The notes under the pieces were generated by a model. That model did not search any database and was not told where the DNA came from. It saw only the letters and a program-made list of their open reading frames with translations. The position numbers and the translations under genes are program-made. A DNA stretch of 64,000 nt from Octopus vulgaris. Lineage: Eukaryota. Position 1 is the first letter of the stretch. Each line of letters starts with the position of its first letter. Shown here piece by piece: positions 25,511-39,792 of this stretch. The DNA lies in the NCBI GenBank assembly GCA_951406725.2, contig OX597823.1, positions 16,864,001-16,928,000 of the forward strand, in the 5' to 3' direction.

Positions 25511-26989
25511 GTAAGATTTTGCCTCAGAACTGTTCTTTATTGTTTGTTCTTTTACTGTTTGTTTCTTTTCCTTTAATTCCTCAGGGAATTGTTTTCCTTA
25601 GTACAACCCCTACACCCTACAAAATGCACAAGGGAGCATGTGACTGTAATATTAATGAATTCAACTTGAAAGGTTCATATTATGAGTTCAAATCTTATTG
25701 TTGCCTTTCAATCCCCAAGAAAGACACATTATTCTACATTTAGTGGTTCAATTCGCAATTGTATTGTCAGTGATAAGAAAAGACAAACATCTGTAAAGTT
25801 ATTCCAAATAAGAAACGTTTTTACAGATAGAAAAACAGTTACCGATAATTTTGGCCAATATATTTCATAGAATTAGATGAAAAAAAGAAATGATTCATGA
25901 GAGATAAGTCAAATGAAATAATTACATGAATTTGAATATAATATATTTAGGGGTAATACATTGAATGCCATATGCAAAAATTCTTAAATGAAATTGTTGT
26001 ATTGCCAATTGTTATGACGATATATTTTTACATTATAATTGTGGAGTAATAATAAAGCATATAACGAAGCAGGGTAACAACAACTTAACGATCCAAAAAA
26101 CTATCCATGAACCAATAAACGATATTCCAACAAACTGCCAAAATGACACCTAAGACATCCTGCGATCAATGCCTACTCTCCTATATCATTCAGACCGCTA
26201 CTATTTTTAGACGTTTGGTCAGTCTATTCTTGCAGGGGGTGCTGTGACTCTTGCCACAACTGAAATTTAGTCTTTTATCTTTAGAAAGGAAGCAAAATTC
26301 AAAGGAAACAGGGAGATTGTTTCCCAAAACTGAAAAAAATTACCAGCCAAATTTAATGAGATTAGGGAACACACGATCCATGTTGAAGGATGAGATAACT
26401 ACAGTCATGTTTCAGTCTATTTGATCTCATCAGCATAGTTTCTATAGCCCACTCCAGCCTGACAAACCAGCCGAGAGAGATTTTATTTTGTTAATTATAT
26501 GAATTATACTGATTAAAATCCTTTCATAAGTCTTTTCCTCTATTTAGAAGAATTTACTAAAGCACAGGTTAATGTGTAAATATTACCCTTTTGAGTGTCC
26601 TTCTAATTTAATATCTCAATATCTATTTATCAAGATAACTTAATGTCTGTGTGTGACTGAAAAGACAGAGGCTGTGTGTTCTTGTTTCTCTTTTTTTCAG
26701 CTTACACAATACCATTGCAAACCAGTGTACAGTTTATATACTATCTCAATATGCTCCACACTGGCCGGTTTGATTTTGCTTTAGAAATGAAATGAGGATG
26801 TGACACTGACAATGCACCACATCAGGGAAATATGTATTAGTTTTCCTCACAGTGAATTCTGGGGTGATTTTTTTTTTACTTAGATCTGAAGTATATTGTG
26901 TTTTCATCACAATACGTCCATCAAGAAGGGATTTTCCTATAATGAACAACCAAAGGGTCTGGCAGTTGAACAACACACATACATTAAGT

Positions 26990-27900
26990 ATGTTGCATAA
27001 GGATGAGCTAAAGGTGACCGAGGAAGGAGAGAGGACATAACACCTTCTACACTAATGTTCTTAAATCATCGCTGAAGCTTGATTCCACACTGCAACAAAT
27101 GCAGGAAGAAGTGCCACCTCTTCCAATAAGTGGCATTGGAAAAACCCTCAAACTGGTGAAAACAGAAATAGCTCTTGGGAAAATGGCATCACAACAGAGT
27201 TTTTAAGATGTGAATGTGAAGAACTATGGAAAATCCTCATTCTACATTTCAACCACTTTCTGAAGGAGGGTAAAATATCTTCAAATACCATCCTACGTCA
27301 CAAGAAGAGTGATAAAGAAAATTTTAAAAACTATCACTGCATATGCCTCTTGTCTCACCCCTATAAGGCGTTTACAAGGATCATAGTCACCGGACTATCA
27401 AAATATGTCAGCCACTAACAGTCGAGAGAGCAAGCAAGTTTCCATATGAATCATTGATTATTGTTATGGTGATAATTGTAATAATAGAACACCCCCTCCA
27501 TGTAGGGCACACAAATGAGACATGGGCTAATATGAAGAAGATAAAATATCGATTGGCTATGGTGCAAAGGTCCATGGAAAGATCCATGCTAGGAACATGA
27601 CTGAGAGAATTCAAAATAGTTTGTGGATGGCGCTCAGTGAACAATGTGATGGCAGGGTATCGAAAGCACAAGTTCCACTGTGCTGGATATGTCACAAGGT
27701 TCACAGACAACAGGTGGAACCATGCAGTTGCCAAGTGATATCCCAGAGTGTAGAAAAGGCCATTTGGAGGGCCTCCGTGACAATGGGAAGATGATTCAGT
27801 CAAGCAGTTTCGGTTTTGATGGAAAAGAATGACACAATCTAGACAAAATTGGAAGTGCATTGTGCCTAGCAGTGTTTGAGAGCATCTGAAGAGCTGTTCG
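26990..27900 (+). mobile_element. RTE-clade LINE remnant (second family)
   Basis: Decayed KSDKENFKNYHCICLLSHPYKAFTRII and a C-terminal W.W.P...R.FG.P..W-like segment. Confidence 0.6.
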
Positions 27901-29315
27901 ATATTGTCATACTGGGTCTAGCAAACATTTGCATCTAAATACCAACCAAGGAGATGTAAACCACATTGATAGTCATCAACTTTGACCAGTTTGTAGTAGG
28001 AGGAATACTCATGGTACAGCTAGCACAATAACAGCGCTGGTAAATGGAGTTGGGACTGCCTTGTATACAAATAAATACGATAAATGCTCATGGAGAGATA
28101 AATCAAAATGTCCTTTAATGAATCTCTGTATGAGTACAAATCTTGTATATAAATGTACCATGCACACAAGGGGAGGGCTCTATGATTACATTGGGTAGAC
28201 GGCACTGATTCATTTAAGAATCATCATCATAACCATATTGCCAGCTTTAAATCAATCAATAAGAGACATTTGACATCTTTGGCAGATTTTATATGGCAAC
28301 TGAAGGAGGGTAAAACGAAGTACAACATTAATTGGTCCATAGTTAGACATACAAAACCATACGATGTAATTTCCAGGAGATGCTGTCTCTGCTTCGAGGA
28401 ATCCCTGTTTATTCTGTGAACTAACGAGAAGATACTTAATAGAATTTCTGAACGACTATTGAGATGCATATAAATGTACTTTTGCATAAGGAATTTTGAA
28501 TAACCATTAACACAATGTAATTTAATTTACTTTAAGGCATGGATGACTTAAGTTTACTTTTAACCTCCTCATTCTTCTAAACACCTAGTAAATAACTGAC
28601 TCGCTTTGTGATCAGGACTGCACCAAACCTAGCATGTGTGTATGCTCACATTTTTGCTGATGCTTGTATGCACTTGTGCATTCATGCCATGCAGCTTGCC
28701 CGAGGACGTTTATACATCCATATCTATTAATGGCTATTTTCAATACTTCTCTCACTGGATTACATGTTTGTTTCTCTGTCTTCTGCAATTTTATTTTTGA
28801 TCTTCTATATAAATATGAAGATTTTTTTCCTCCGTCTGGCTGTTTTTTTTTCTCTCTACAAAACAGAAAGTTACGTTGTGGAACAGTTATTTTAACAAGT
28901 TGTTTTTATTTATTCATCACCCAACGAGATACAACTGCACCACCAGATGCTCCAGAATCAGTTGTTGAGTGTCCCACCCAAGAGGAATCAATGTTAGATG
29001 TACCGAAACAATTGTCGTGACTAATAAAAAATTCTTGTATATTCCATCTTCTGTCTTTCATTTGTTATATATATATATATAGATTATACTTATAGTAGTA
29101 GGCACTTTTCCAAGGTGCCACATATTGGAAGTAAACACTAAATGATCTGGTTGCAAATTGAGCATCTTAGCCACAGAACATGGCTGCGTATTTTTAATAT
29201 ATATACATCAGAAGAAGAGATGCATTGAATCATAACAAGGTTGGGGTAATTTAAAAATAGCATTAGGGACAGAAAAGGGTTCAGAGTTAAACTGACTTGA
29301 AAATCACTGATCTAG

Positions 29316-29950
29316 AACACCCAAAAGAAACCGGAATTTTGCTATATTTTATTCACTTAGTCTTACATGTTTACACTTCTATCACCATCAAAGTATTCTC
29401 CATTTGAAGCAATGCATCGATTCAGACCACTGTTCAAAGCAGTCCTGGAACTCTTGCAAAGTGATGCCTTTTGACGCTTGTTTTGTTTTTTACTTCCTTT
29501 CTTCCACATCTGCAAAATGTTTTCCTTTGAGGACATTTTTTATTCAGAGGAACAAAAAAAAAAACAGGTGAATAGGGAGGCAGGGTAAGAGGAGTCACAC
29601 ATTCAGTCAAGACTGCTTTCTGATCTTCTGTGAACAAGTGAAGCACAAATTTTGCTGCAACTCTTTTCATTTGAAATTCCTTGTTCAAAATTTGTTGGCA
29701 GCAGCTCCAGGACACACCAGTCATATCAAAAAGTTTGTCAATTCAGAATCCTCGACTACAATGGGCTTTTCCCATAGAGAATGCTTCCAGTTACTTTTGG
29801 GTACCTTCTCATATGTGTGACTATTTAAAGTTTTTAAAGCCTCTCCTTCTGTTGTTTGATATAGAAATAAATAATCTCAATAAATTACAAAAGAAAAGAA
29901 ACGTAATAAATCTATGATTGGAAAACTAAATGTTTTCCAATCATATTCTA
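29316..29950 (-). mobile_element. Mariner-family transposon remnant
   Basis: SWSCCQQILNKEFQMKRVAAKFVLHL and PPYSP; terminus cccaaaagaaacc shared with the 53205 copy. Confidence 0.8.
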
Positions 29951-30061
29951 ATGATTTTATTTGAAATCCAACCTCCTTACAAGACAATGATCATTTTATG
30001 TTTAATAATTTTGAAATTTTGTTGTGCCTGATGATGACGTTTTTTGTCTCTTACTTTCTAG

Positions 30062-30267
30062 GGACACACTGGACCTTTGAAGTTCAACGTAATAACGCAT
30101 ATGGCAAATATGAGTTTTATATAAGGTTAGACCCTTATGTTAAACAGAAGGTAGTATTTCAACCAAATTCAACAACAGCAAATAAATCATTCCTCCTTCC
30201 TACGGAAATGAATACACTGTCAGAAATTAAGTTATTGACAAGAGGAAAATTTCAGCTGGGCACAGAT
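30062..30267 (+). CDS. Coding exon 4 (module 2, long exon)
   Basis: tctcttactttctag| ... GAT|gtaagt; phase 1 to 0; WTHWTFEVQRNN...FQLGTD. Confidence 0.85.
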
Positions 30268-31839
30268 GTAAGTAAAACCCTTTATTACTTTTTCATTTAG
30301 AAGGAGTATACCTGCTTGACTGAACCTCAATATATTTCTTGCCTGTCATGTTTTTTAGATTTGTATAAATAATCTCAGCTTTTCTAAATAAGCCCCTTAG
30401 ACATTTATTAACATAACCAACTGTATTAATGATTATTACTGTACGTATGCCTGCTTATATATTTAAATATTCTAAAACCTCACATTGGGTGAAACAAGAT
30501 TATAGTAAAAAAAAAAGGATGAAAGAGAATATCATACTTTAATATTTAGATTTAATTCAGTTCTGATATACACAACATTGTAAATAAACAAATATTCTAT
30601 GAATATATTTGTTTGCTTTACAACTGCTTTTTTCTATTCTAGCATGGGTTAGATGAATACATATTATCAAGGAGATGCTTTTCAACTCAGTGTTTTTTAT
30701 GTCACTAACCCTTTCCTGGCTTTCTATGAAGGGAGATGTTATTCCACCTGTCTTTGAATGTGCAGTGCTACAGGACAATTTTCTGATGGGGAAATGACAA
30801 CAAACGTCATCATCGTCGTCTCTGGCTTACCCCAGGGCAGAATGTGAATATTTACACAGGCACACACATGCATGGTCCCCTACTAGGGAGACTGTCACAT
30901 TCTTGACAACAAACAGGGTGGGTAGCAGGTAGAGTGATGGTGGGAGCAAACTAGGATGTGTTTGGGGAAGGGGCCAAGTGTATGATAGCAGAAACAGAAA
31001 GATGGGACTGAGGGGTGGCAAAAGAAAAGAGAAAAAGGATGTTGACTGCATTGAAAGAGAGGACAAGACTGGTTGTAGGCAGTATTGAGTACAAATCGTT
31101 CCAGTGCCACCCTTTATAGTAGAGGCATAATGGAAGAGAGTAAGGGGAGAGAGAGAGAGAGAGAGAGGAGAGTATGAGAGAGACAAGAGGGTAGACAGAT
31201 CCAGTAACATTCCTACAATGACTGCAGGGTACAGAGAAAAGGAGAGATTCACTGTTATTGTTAGTTAGACAGGCTGGTGGTGGAGTGTGGGTGGATAATA
31301 GAGAGATGAGTGATAGAGAACTGATACAAAGGTGAGATGATATACCAAGAGGCAGTCTAGGCAACTTATGTAGACACAAATGGGGGATATAGAATAGGTA
31401 AGAGACCCAAATGTAGACAGGTTATATCTACCAGACTCCATCACTAACTGTGATTCAACATTCAGTTCTACATGAATTTATGATTTAGAATGGAATAATA
31501 TTTTCAAGTTGAATTTATTAAGATGACAAGACCAGGTTCTGTCCCTGATGCCATCATCTGTGGAGCCAATAGAATTCCTTTATGTTGTTTTGAGTTTCCT
31601 AAATCATGTGTAAAGAATGTGAGCAGCTGAGCCCCTGTAAAGATGGTCTTGTATAAAGTTATCAATATTTGAAAGAACACTTCAGTTGAAGTAGAGATAA
31701 AATTGCTGAGTGGATGGATAAGTGAGGTGTTCCCCATCTGTTTAATTACTGGGTCCAGAACAAATGTGACACCTGTCTAAAGCCATGTAATTCCTGGAGA
31801 TGTAATTTTGTTGCTTTTCTTTTTGTTACTTTAATTTAG

Positions 31840-31939
31840 ATCAAAGTGAAGAATATGGATACTTCTGAAATATATTCCTGTATTTATCTTCTTGATCAAT
31901 TATCTCAAGTTCCTTACCATGAATGTAAATCAATAAATG
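31840..31939 (+). CDS. Coding exon 5 (module 2, short exon)
   Basis: ttactttaatttag| ... G|gtaagt; phase 0 to 1; IKVKNMDTSEIYSCIYLLDQLSQVPYHECKSIN. Confidence 0.8.
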
Positions 31940-32544
31940 GTAAGTTGATAAAAAGTATTTCTCATATAATCTTATAAGAAATAATGAAATAGTTCTGTAA
32001 TTTTGCCTGTGTAGCTTTTGCCAGATGTTATTAATAATAAAGAGAAGGAGCAGGATGAATTCTAAATGATCCATGCTGTTGTTTCAACAGATAAATCTTC
32101 CTGGCACCAAATCCATTTTCCAAACCAAAGATGTAAAACTAAACACTACATTCCGATGCTCTACATAGAGATTCTGTCACATTTCCAATTATATTTCTCA
32201 CCTTTATCCTCCTCCTCCTCCTCCTCCTCATCATCAGTATTTTAATATTCATTTTGTACCTGCTTGTATGGGTCGTAAGGAATTTGTTGAGGTAGATTAT
32301 TTCTAGGTGGATGCCCTTCCTCTCACTAACCCTCACTTGCTTCCAAGGAATGTAATATTTCCTGATGGTGTGGAAATAAATCATGGTAGGTTGGAAACAA
32401 GGGACACTGCTTGTATGACGGGGATGTTCGTTTACAACAACTATACGATGTGAAGGAGACACAACCTGCACACACACACATACACACACACACACACTCA
32501 CACCCACACACATATATATATATATATCATATTTGAGTACGAAC

Positions 32545-33535
32545 AGCCGTGCTACATGGCATGAAGCATGGACCATCACTACTGAGGATATGTGTAAGCT
32601 TGCAAGGAATAAAGCCAGTATGATCCGATGGATGTATAATGTCAGTGTGCATACTTGACAGAATGTCAGTACCTTGAGAGAAAAGTTGGATCTAAGGAGC
32701 ATCAGATATGGTGTGCAAGAGAGACAACTGCGATGGTTTGGGTATGTGGCAAGAATGGATGAGGATAGCTGTGTGAAAATTGCCACACTCTAGCGGTTGA
32801 GGGAACCCGTGAAAGAGGTAGACCCAGGAAGACCTGGGATGAGGTGGTGAAGCATGACCTTCAAACGTTAGGCTTCACTGAGGCAATGACTAGTGACTGA
32901 GACCTTGGAAATATGCAGTGCGTGAGAAGACCCGGCAATCCAAGTGAGACCATAACCTGTGGCCTATGCCAGGGGTGTAACCAGCCCACTTATGCATACC
33001 TTTCCTTCATTGGTCACTAAACTCTGCTTGTGAAGACCTGTTGAGGCAAGTGAAATCAAAATCAAATCAAATTCGCAAATTCGATGACTGGCACCCATGC
33101 CAGTGGAGCTCCAAGAGCACCATCCGTGTATGATCGCTGCCAGAGCAGTTGATTGGCTTCCATGGCAATGGCATGTAAAAAGCACCATTCAATCATGATT
33201 GTTACCGGCATCACCTTACTGGCACTTGTGCTGGTAGCAAGTGAAACACATTCGAACGAGGTCGTTGCCACTGCCTCTGGCTCCTATACAAGTGGCATAT
33301 AAAAAACATCACTCGAGTGTGGCCGTTGCGAGTACTGCCTGACTGGCTCTCATGCCGGTGGCATGTAAAAGCACCCACTACACTCTCGAAGTGGTTGGTG
33401 TTAGGAAGGGCATCCAGCTGTAGAAAGTCTGCCACATCAGATTGGAGCTTGGTGCAGCCAACTGGTTCGCCAATCCTTGTTCAAATCGTGCAACCCATGC
33501 TAGCATGGAAAGTGGACGTTAAACGATGATGATGA
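32545..33535 (+). mobile_element. RTE-clade LINE 3' part
   Basis: QLRWFGYVARMDED...RGRPRKTWDEVVKHDL, 3' UTR, (GAT)n tail. Confidence 0.9.
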
Positions 33536-33668
33536 TAAAATTTGTCTCATATTATAGAAACAAAAGGGTTTATAGGACTGCAAAAGAATTTTGGTTCTAT
33601 AACGAATGCTTCTTTATCTTTGTCTCATGTATATTTGAGCACTTCTTTTGTTTCTATAACCAATACTT

Positions 33669-33705
<37 letters not shown>

Positions 33706-33708
<3 letters not shown>

Positions 33709-34570
33709 TCATCATCATCATCATCATCATTTAGCGTCCGCTTTCCATGCTAGCATGGGTTGGACGGTTCAACTGGGGTCTGTGAAGCTGGAAGGCTTCA
33801 TCAGGCCCAGTCAGATCTGGCAGTGTTTCTACGGCTGGATGCCCTTCCTAACGCCAACCACTCCGTGAGTGTAGTGGGTGCTTTTTACGTGCCACCCGCA
33901 CAGGTGCCAGACAGAGCTGGCAAACGGCCATGAACGGATGGTGCTTTTACGTGTCACCGGCACGGGGCCAGGCGAGGCTGGCAACGGACACGAACGGATG
34001 GTGCTTTTACGTGCCACCAACACGGGGGCCAGACAGAGCTGGCAAACGGCCACGAAACGGATGGTGCTTTTATGTGTCACCGGCATGGGGGCCAGGCAAG
34101 GCTGGCAACGGACACGAACGGATGGTGCTTTTATATGCCACCGACATGGGGGCCAGACAGGGCTGGCAAACGGCCACGAACGGATGGTGCTTTTACGTGT
34201 CACCGGCACGGGGCCAGGCGAGGCTGGCAACGGACACGAATGGATGGTGCTTTTACATGTCACCGACATGGGGGCCAGACAGGGCTGGCAAACGGCCACG
34301 AACGGATGGTGCTTTTACATGTCACCGTCATGGGGGCCAGACAGGGCTGGCAAACGGCCACGAACGGATGGTGCTTTTACGTGTCACCGGCACGGGGGCC
34401 AGGCGAGGCTGGCAACGGACACGAACGGATGGTGCTTTTACATGTCACCGACATGGGGGCCAGACAGGGCTGGCAAACGGCCACAAACGGATGGTGCTTT
34501 TACGTGTCACCGGCACGGGGGCCAGACAGAGCTGGCAAACGGCCACGAACGGATGGTGCTTTTACGTGTC
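33706..34570 (-). mobile_element. RTE 3' end with expanded ~60 bp minisatellite (12 cores, 33878-34570)
   Basis: (CAT)n cgtttagcgtcc tail; core ggatggtgcttttacgtgtcaccggcac every 58-63 bp. Confidence 0.92.
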
Positions 34571-34699
34571 ATATATATATATATATATATATATATTCTT
34601 TTATTCTTTTAATGGTTTCAGTCTCTGGACTGCGGCCATGCTAGAGCACTGCCTTAATTTAATTTTTTTTTAGTTTTGTTGTCACATTATGATTAAAAG

Positions 34700-36560
34700 T
34701 TGGTCGATGATAGAGTCTGTGGTTGCTGATCTCCCCACAAGTGTATCCTTGAATGGTTGGTTGGTCCAATATTGTCGTTAGGAGTTCATCCAATACTTTT
34801 TTGAAAGTTTCAGTAGAGGTCCCTTTTGTATTTCTAATCTCTTTGGGTAAGCAGTAGAATACTTGAGGACCTCTGTGTATTAGACCAGTACAGTAGAGTG
34901 TTTTTGCTCGTAAGTTTGAAGATGGTATGTTTGGGAGCTGACAGTACCCACCAGTTCAAGCATTAAAATTCACTTTAATGCCAATACTTGGAACATGCCT
35001 CTCCAGGATCTTCCATACATATATAATAGTATATAAGGCGGCGAGCTGGCAGAAATGTTAGCACGCTGGGCGAAATGCGTTACGTTCTGAGTTCAAATTC
35101 CGCCGAGGTTGACTTTGCCTTTCATCCTTTCCGGGTCGATAAATTAAGTACCAGTTACGCACTGGGGTCGACGTAATCCATTTGTCTGTCCTTATTTGTC
35201 CCCTCTGTGTGTAGCCCCTTGTGGGTAGTAAAGAAATATATAATAGTATATATCTCTCTCTTTGGTATTCAAGGGAGTTGAGATGCAGAGCTTTCAGGCA
35301 TTCCTAGAAATTAAGGCCATTAACTGAAGTTATTTTACTGGTGAATGTTCTTTGTAACCCCTCAATTTCTTCTATGAGACCAAATGAATTTGGAGACCAA
35401 AGCTGTGAGCAGTAATCTAATCTGCTCAGAACAACGGTTTTCCATAGAGTTAGCATAACTATCGGTTCTCTTGTCATGAAGCTTCGTAGGATCCATCCAT
35501 GAGATGTCTGCATTTAGAGGGCAGTTTGGTGATGTAGCTGATGAAAGAAGCATCATTGGACATGATTATTCCTAAATCCCGTATGTCATCATTGCTCTGA
35601 ATTATTGCATTATCTGGCACCAAATATTGGGATTTGTGTCAGTTCCCTCCATAAGGAAGGACCTGAAATTATGGTTGCACTAAATCTCAGATTATTTTTA
35701 TCTGCCCATTGATAAATGACGTTTAGGTCATTTTGGAGTGTGATTGCACATTTTGGAGTTTGGATAGCCATTGATATTTTGTATTGTCAGCGTAATTCAT
35801 TAGATTGACCAATTGCACTTGCGAGCTTATGCCTGATAGGGTTATGGTAAATAATAATGGTCCTAGAACCATACCCTCTGGTATGCCACTTATTACAGGT
35901 AACTTTGCTGAGAGATAACCATTTGCAGCAACAGATTGATTCCTATCCTAAAGAACCATTCTCCGAGTTGTCCTATGATACCAAGATCCCTTATCCTATG
36001 ACATGATTCCATGATGTCAAAATCAAGGTATATGCAGTCAGTGTCCTTTCCCATTTAGGAGATTATTGAGAATAGTTTTATGGTGTTGTAATAGTTGTAT
36101 CAGGCAACCTCGTCCAGTCCGAAAACCATGCTGTGTATTATCTGAGAGGTTGTTTTCTTCAAGATATGCAGTTATTCTTTATCAGGCAATTTTAGATGTG
36201 TGAGATGTGAGAGAAACCGGTCTGTAATTTTTAGCTTCAGCCCTGCTACCTCCGTTATGGATAGGTGTTACTGTTGCTTCTTTCAATAGTTCTGGGAATA
36301 TGTCAGTTTCAAGTGACTTTTGAAATAGTTACATCAATGGCTTGGTGAGGCTGTTTTGGCAAGTTTTCAATAGTATGGCATAGTATTGACTTATGAGTGG
36401 TGAAGCATCCCTGAAGTGATCTCTATGATTAGCTGCATCAAGAGGCCATTAAGTAATGCCTATGATCACATTGAGGTTGGTCGCATGCACTATTAGTGCA
36501 TCACACACTGTTGGAGTGGAAGAGGAGGACATTTATTGCTAGATCTTCGTGGATGTAGAG
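34700..36560 (-). mobile_element. CR1-group LINE RT remnant
   Basis: SGIPEGMVLGPLLF, WILRSF...LWKTVVLSRLDYCSQLWSP...IEGLQRTFT. Confidence 0.85.
35036..35237 (+). mobile_element. tRNA-derived SINE, family 3
   Basis: gagttcaaattcc B box; 15-bp TSD atataatagtatata (35021-35035, 35238-35252); nested in the CR1 remnant. Confidence 0.9.
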
Positions 36561-36659
36561 TGCTACTCCTCATTGTTTCTTTATTCTGTGATCAGTTCTG
36601 TGTAGTACATAGCCTGACATATGTATTTCTGCATCCAATATGTCTGGGGTCAGGTGTGT

Positions 36660-36878
36660 TTCATTTAATCTTTTCTACTCTAGGCACAAGGCCTGAAATT
36701 TGCGGGGAGAGTCTAGTCAATTAGATTGTCACCAGTACGCAACTGGTACTTATTGACCCCGAAAGAATGAAAAGCAAAGTCGACCTCAGCAGAATTTGAA
36801 CTCAGAATGTAAAGACAGACGAAATACCACTAAGTATTTTGCCCGGTGTGCTAACGTTTCTGCCAGCTCACCGCCTTA
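36660..36878 (-). mobile_element. tRNA-derived SINE, family 3
   Basis: Reverse complement similar to 35036-35237. Confidence 0.8.
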
Positions 36879-37334
36879 GTGTGTTTCACTTAATGCTACA
36901 AATATTGTCTTTTCGCTGTTGTGTGTGTATGTGAATGATGGATGTTTTCCAATTTCTGCCTATCATTTACACTCAGAAGGCCTTACTTAGCCAGGGACTG
37001 TAGTTGATGACAATTGTTGTATGTGCCATGCAGACAACTGTTGTAAAATTTGACCTGCAGTGTTTAAGTTAAAAATTAAAAACCTCTGCTGAATAATATT
37101 GACCACAGCTATTTTAGTAAGATCCTTTAACACTTTTGATACCAATCCGCCTGAAAACGTCTCTGGCTCTGCGGTACAAACGTCTTGTTTTCAAAAGTTC
37201 TGAATTAAAATCTTCCACGAAACCTTAGTCAAAGTTTATATTCCTAATACTAGCTTAATGATAAGTTATTTTACTAAATTTTTTGTTATATTTAAAGTAA
37301 TTGAAAGAAACACAGAGCATTTCAACAGAAATTA

Positions 37335-37900
37335 TCATCATCATTATAGTTTAATGTCCGTTTTCCATGCTGGCATGGGTTGGACAGTTTGACTGATGTC
37401 TGGAGAGTGGCTGCATCAGGCTCCAATCTGATATGGCAATGTTTCCACAGTCGGATGCCCTTCCTAACGCCAACCACTCCAAGAGTGTAGTGGGTGCTTT
37501 TTACATGCTACCAGTACAGGAGTCAGTTAGTAGGTACTGGCATCGATCACAATTGGTTGGTGTTTTTTACGTGCCATGGCACGAGAGCCAGTCAGGTGGA
37601 CCTGGTATTGACCACGTTCAGACGGTGCTTTTTACGTGCCACCAGCATGGGGGCCAGTCTGGGGTACCAGCCCTAGTTACGATACTCGTTTTATTCAGCG
37701 GGTCTTCTCAAGCATATCATATTGCCCAACGCATCAGGGTATTCTTAACAGGGCTGGACATGTGTGGCTGCAATCTCACTTTAGTTCCCGAGTCTTCTCA
37801 ATCACAGCATATCTCCAAAGGTTCCGGTCTCCTGTCACTGCCTCTATGAGTCCCAGTGTTCAAAGGTCATGTTTCACCACCTCATCCAATATATTCCTTG
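37335..37900 (-). mobile_element. RTE 3' remnant
   Basis: Shared 3' UTR and tail. Confidence 0.8.
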
Positions 37901-38129
37901 ACTCTATTATAAAGTCTACTGACATTTTTCCAGCCAATCAGTTTGTAAGAAGTGATGCCAGACAAAAAGAAAAGCTTAGTTTTTGCACCTAAAGGCATCA
38001 TGGCAATAATAAACTATGGACATATAAGAGGTGCAGCAATATCAGAGGAGGGTTAACAGGGAAAATAGCCATTGTGTGTGTGGAAGACACACAGGTACAA
38101 TAAACACCAAAAAGGTACAGTAAATAAAC

Positions 38130-39132
38130 TGCCATTGGTATAAGCTTCCGTTATCAAGGTGACCAAGTTAGTAGCAGAGGTGGATGCTGAAAAGTGTAGC
38201 TATAAGAATAAGAATAGGCTGGGAAAATTTCAGAGAGCTCTTGCCTCTACTGGCAACAAAAGGCCTCTCTCTTTAAGAGAAAGGCAGATTGTATGATGCC
38301 TGTGTGCGACCAGCTATGCTATGGCAGTGAAATATGAGCTGTGACAGCTGAGGACATGCGTTGGTTTGAAAGAAATGAAGCCAGTATGCTTTGCTGGATG
38401 TACAATGTTTGTGTGCATGTTCAACAGAGTGCAAGCATCTTGAGAGAAAAGTTGGGTATAAGAGGCATCAAGTGTGGTGTCCAAGAGAGATGACAGTGAT
38501 GGTATGGCCATGTGATGCATGTGGATGAGGATAGCTGTGTAAAGAGGTGTCAGTCTCTAACTGCAGAGGGAACTTGTGGTAGAGGTAGACACAAGAAGAC
38601 ATGGGATGAGGTGGTGAAGCATGCTCTTTGAACTTTAAGCCTCACAGAGGCAATGACTGGTGACTGAGACCTTTGGCATTATGCTGTGCTTGAGAAAGCC
38701 CATCAAGCTAAGTGAAATCATAGTCATAGCTGATGGCACATAAAGTGCACCTTTCAAATGTTGGGCCTCACAGAGGCAAAGTGGCTGATGCCGGTGGCAC
38801 GTGAAAAGCTCCTTTTAAGTGTTGAGCCTCAAGGACACTGTGATCAAGACCTTTGGCATTACGTTGTACTTGAGAAGAAGAACCATCAAGCTAAGTAAAA
38901 TCACAGTCATGGCACATACTGGTGTCATGCAAATAGCACCTATGCCGGTGGCACATAAAAACATCCATTTACACTCTTGGAGTGGTTGGTGTTAGGAAAG
39001 GCATCCAGCTGCAGAAAACCATGCCAAATCAGACTGGAGTCTGGTGCAGCCTTCCAGCTTACCAACCCTGGTCAAACTGTCCACCCATGCCAGCATAGAC
39101 AGTGGATGTTAGATATTCATGATGATGATGAT
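38130..39132 (+). mobile_element. RTE 3' remnant
   Basis: RIRIGWEKFRELLPLL...RLYDACVR; (GAT)n tail. Confidence 0.85.
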
Positions 39133-39792
39133 GTTTTAGCAGTCTTATAAAAGCCTTAGAATTAAGCCCTCCACGGAGACCATTGGGACACCTTGTATTT
39201 TTAGATCCTGGATGAATATTATTTCATTAAATATCAGTTTTACTCTTCCACTTTCTCTCTAAGAAATTATTCTCACTATTAAAAGGCAATTATGATTTTA
39301 TTTATATGAGATATTGCAGCTCTCACCTTTTACAAATTCACATTTTGCTTGATTTGCATACAAACATACAATAAATTATTTGTTACATATATATCAAAAG
39401 TGTTTAATGTTCGTAACAAATATTATTAATGATAATTCTTCCTCCTACTAATTATTTAAATCATTGAATTTAATATGATTACAAATATTAATAGCTACCA
39501 TTCATTTACTTCTGAACCATTTTGGTGACAACCTGCCAAAGATGGACCCTACTTCCCTAATATCAATTCTTTGTTTTAAAGTGGTCGAAATGAAAAATCT
39601 TTCATTAAAATTCCAAAGTTATTTAATAAATGCTTCATCATTCTCGAAATTAACTGAAACCAAGACATTGTATTTCAACAAAAATATTCTAACAAATATT
39701 TCAGCCACCATCCTTTGAGGAATAGCTTGGATCTTAAAATGTCAAGTAATTCCAATGTTTCTTCTTTTCTTTCAGCACGTTTCATTTGTTAA

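Noticed and set aside
25585-25743. Exon after the acceptor-like ttcctcag
   Set aside because: In the phase left by exon 3 it hits TAG after five codons; 30062 is phase-compatible.
33878-34570. CRISPR-like repeat-spacer array
   Set aside because: Spacers are copies of each other, there are no cas genes, the DNA is eukaryotic, and the array is part of an RTE 3' UTR.
33829-34673. Long overlapping ORFs (up to 247 aa)
   Set aside because: Open in several frames because of the GC-rich minisatellite.
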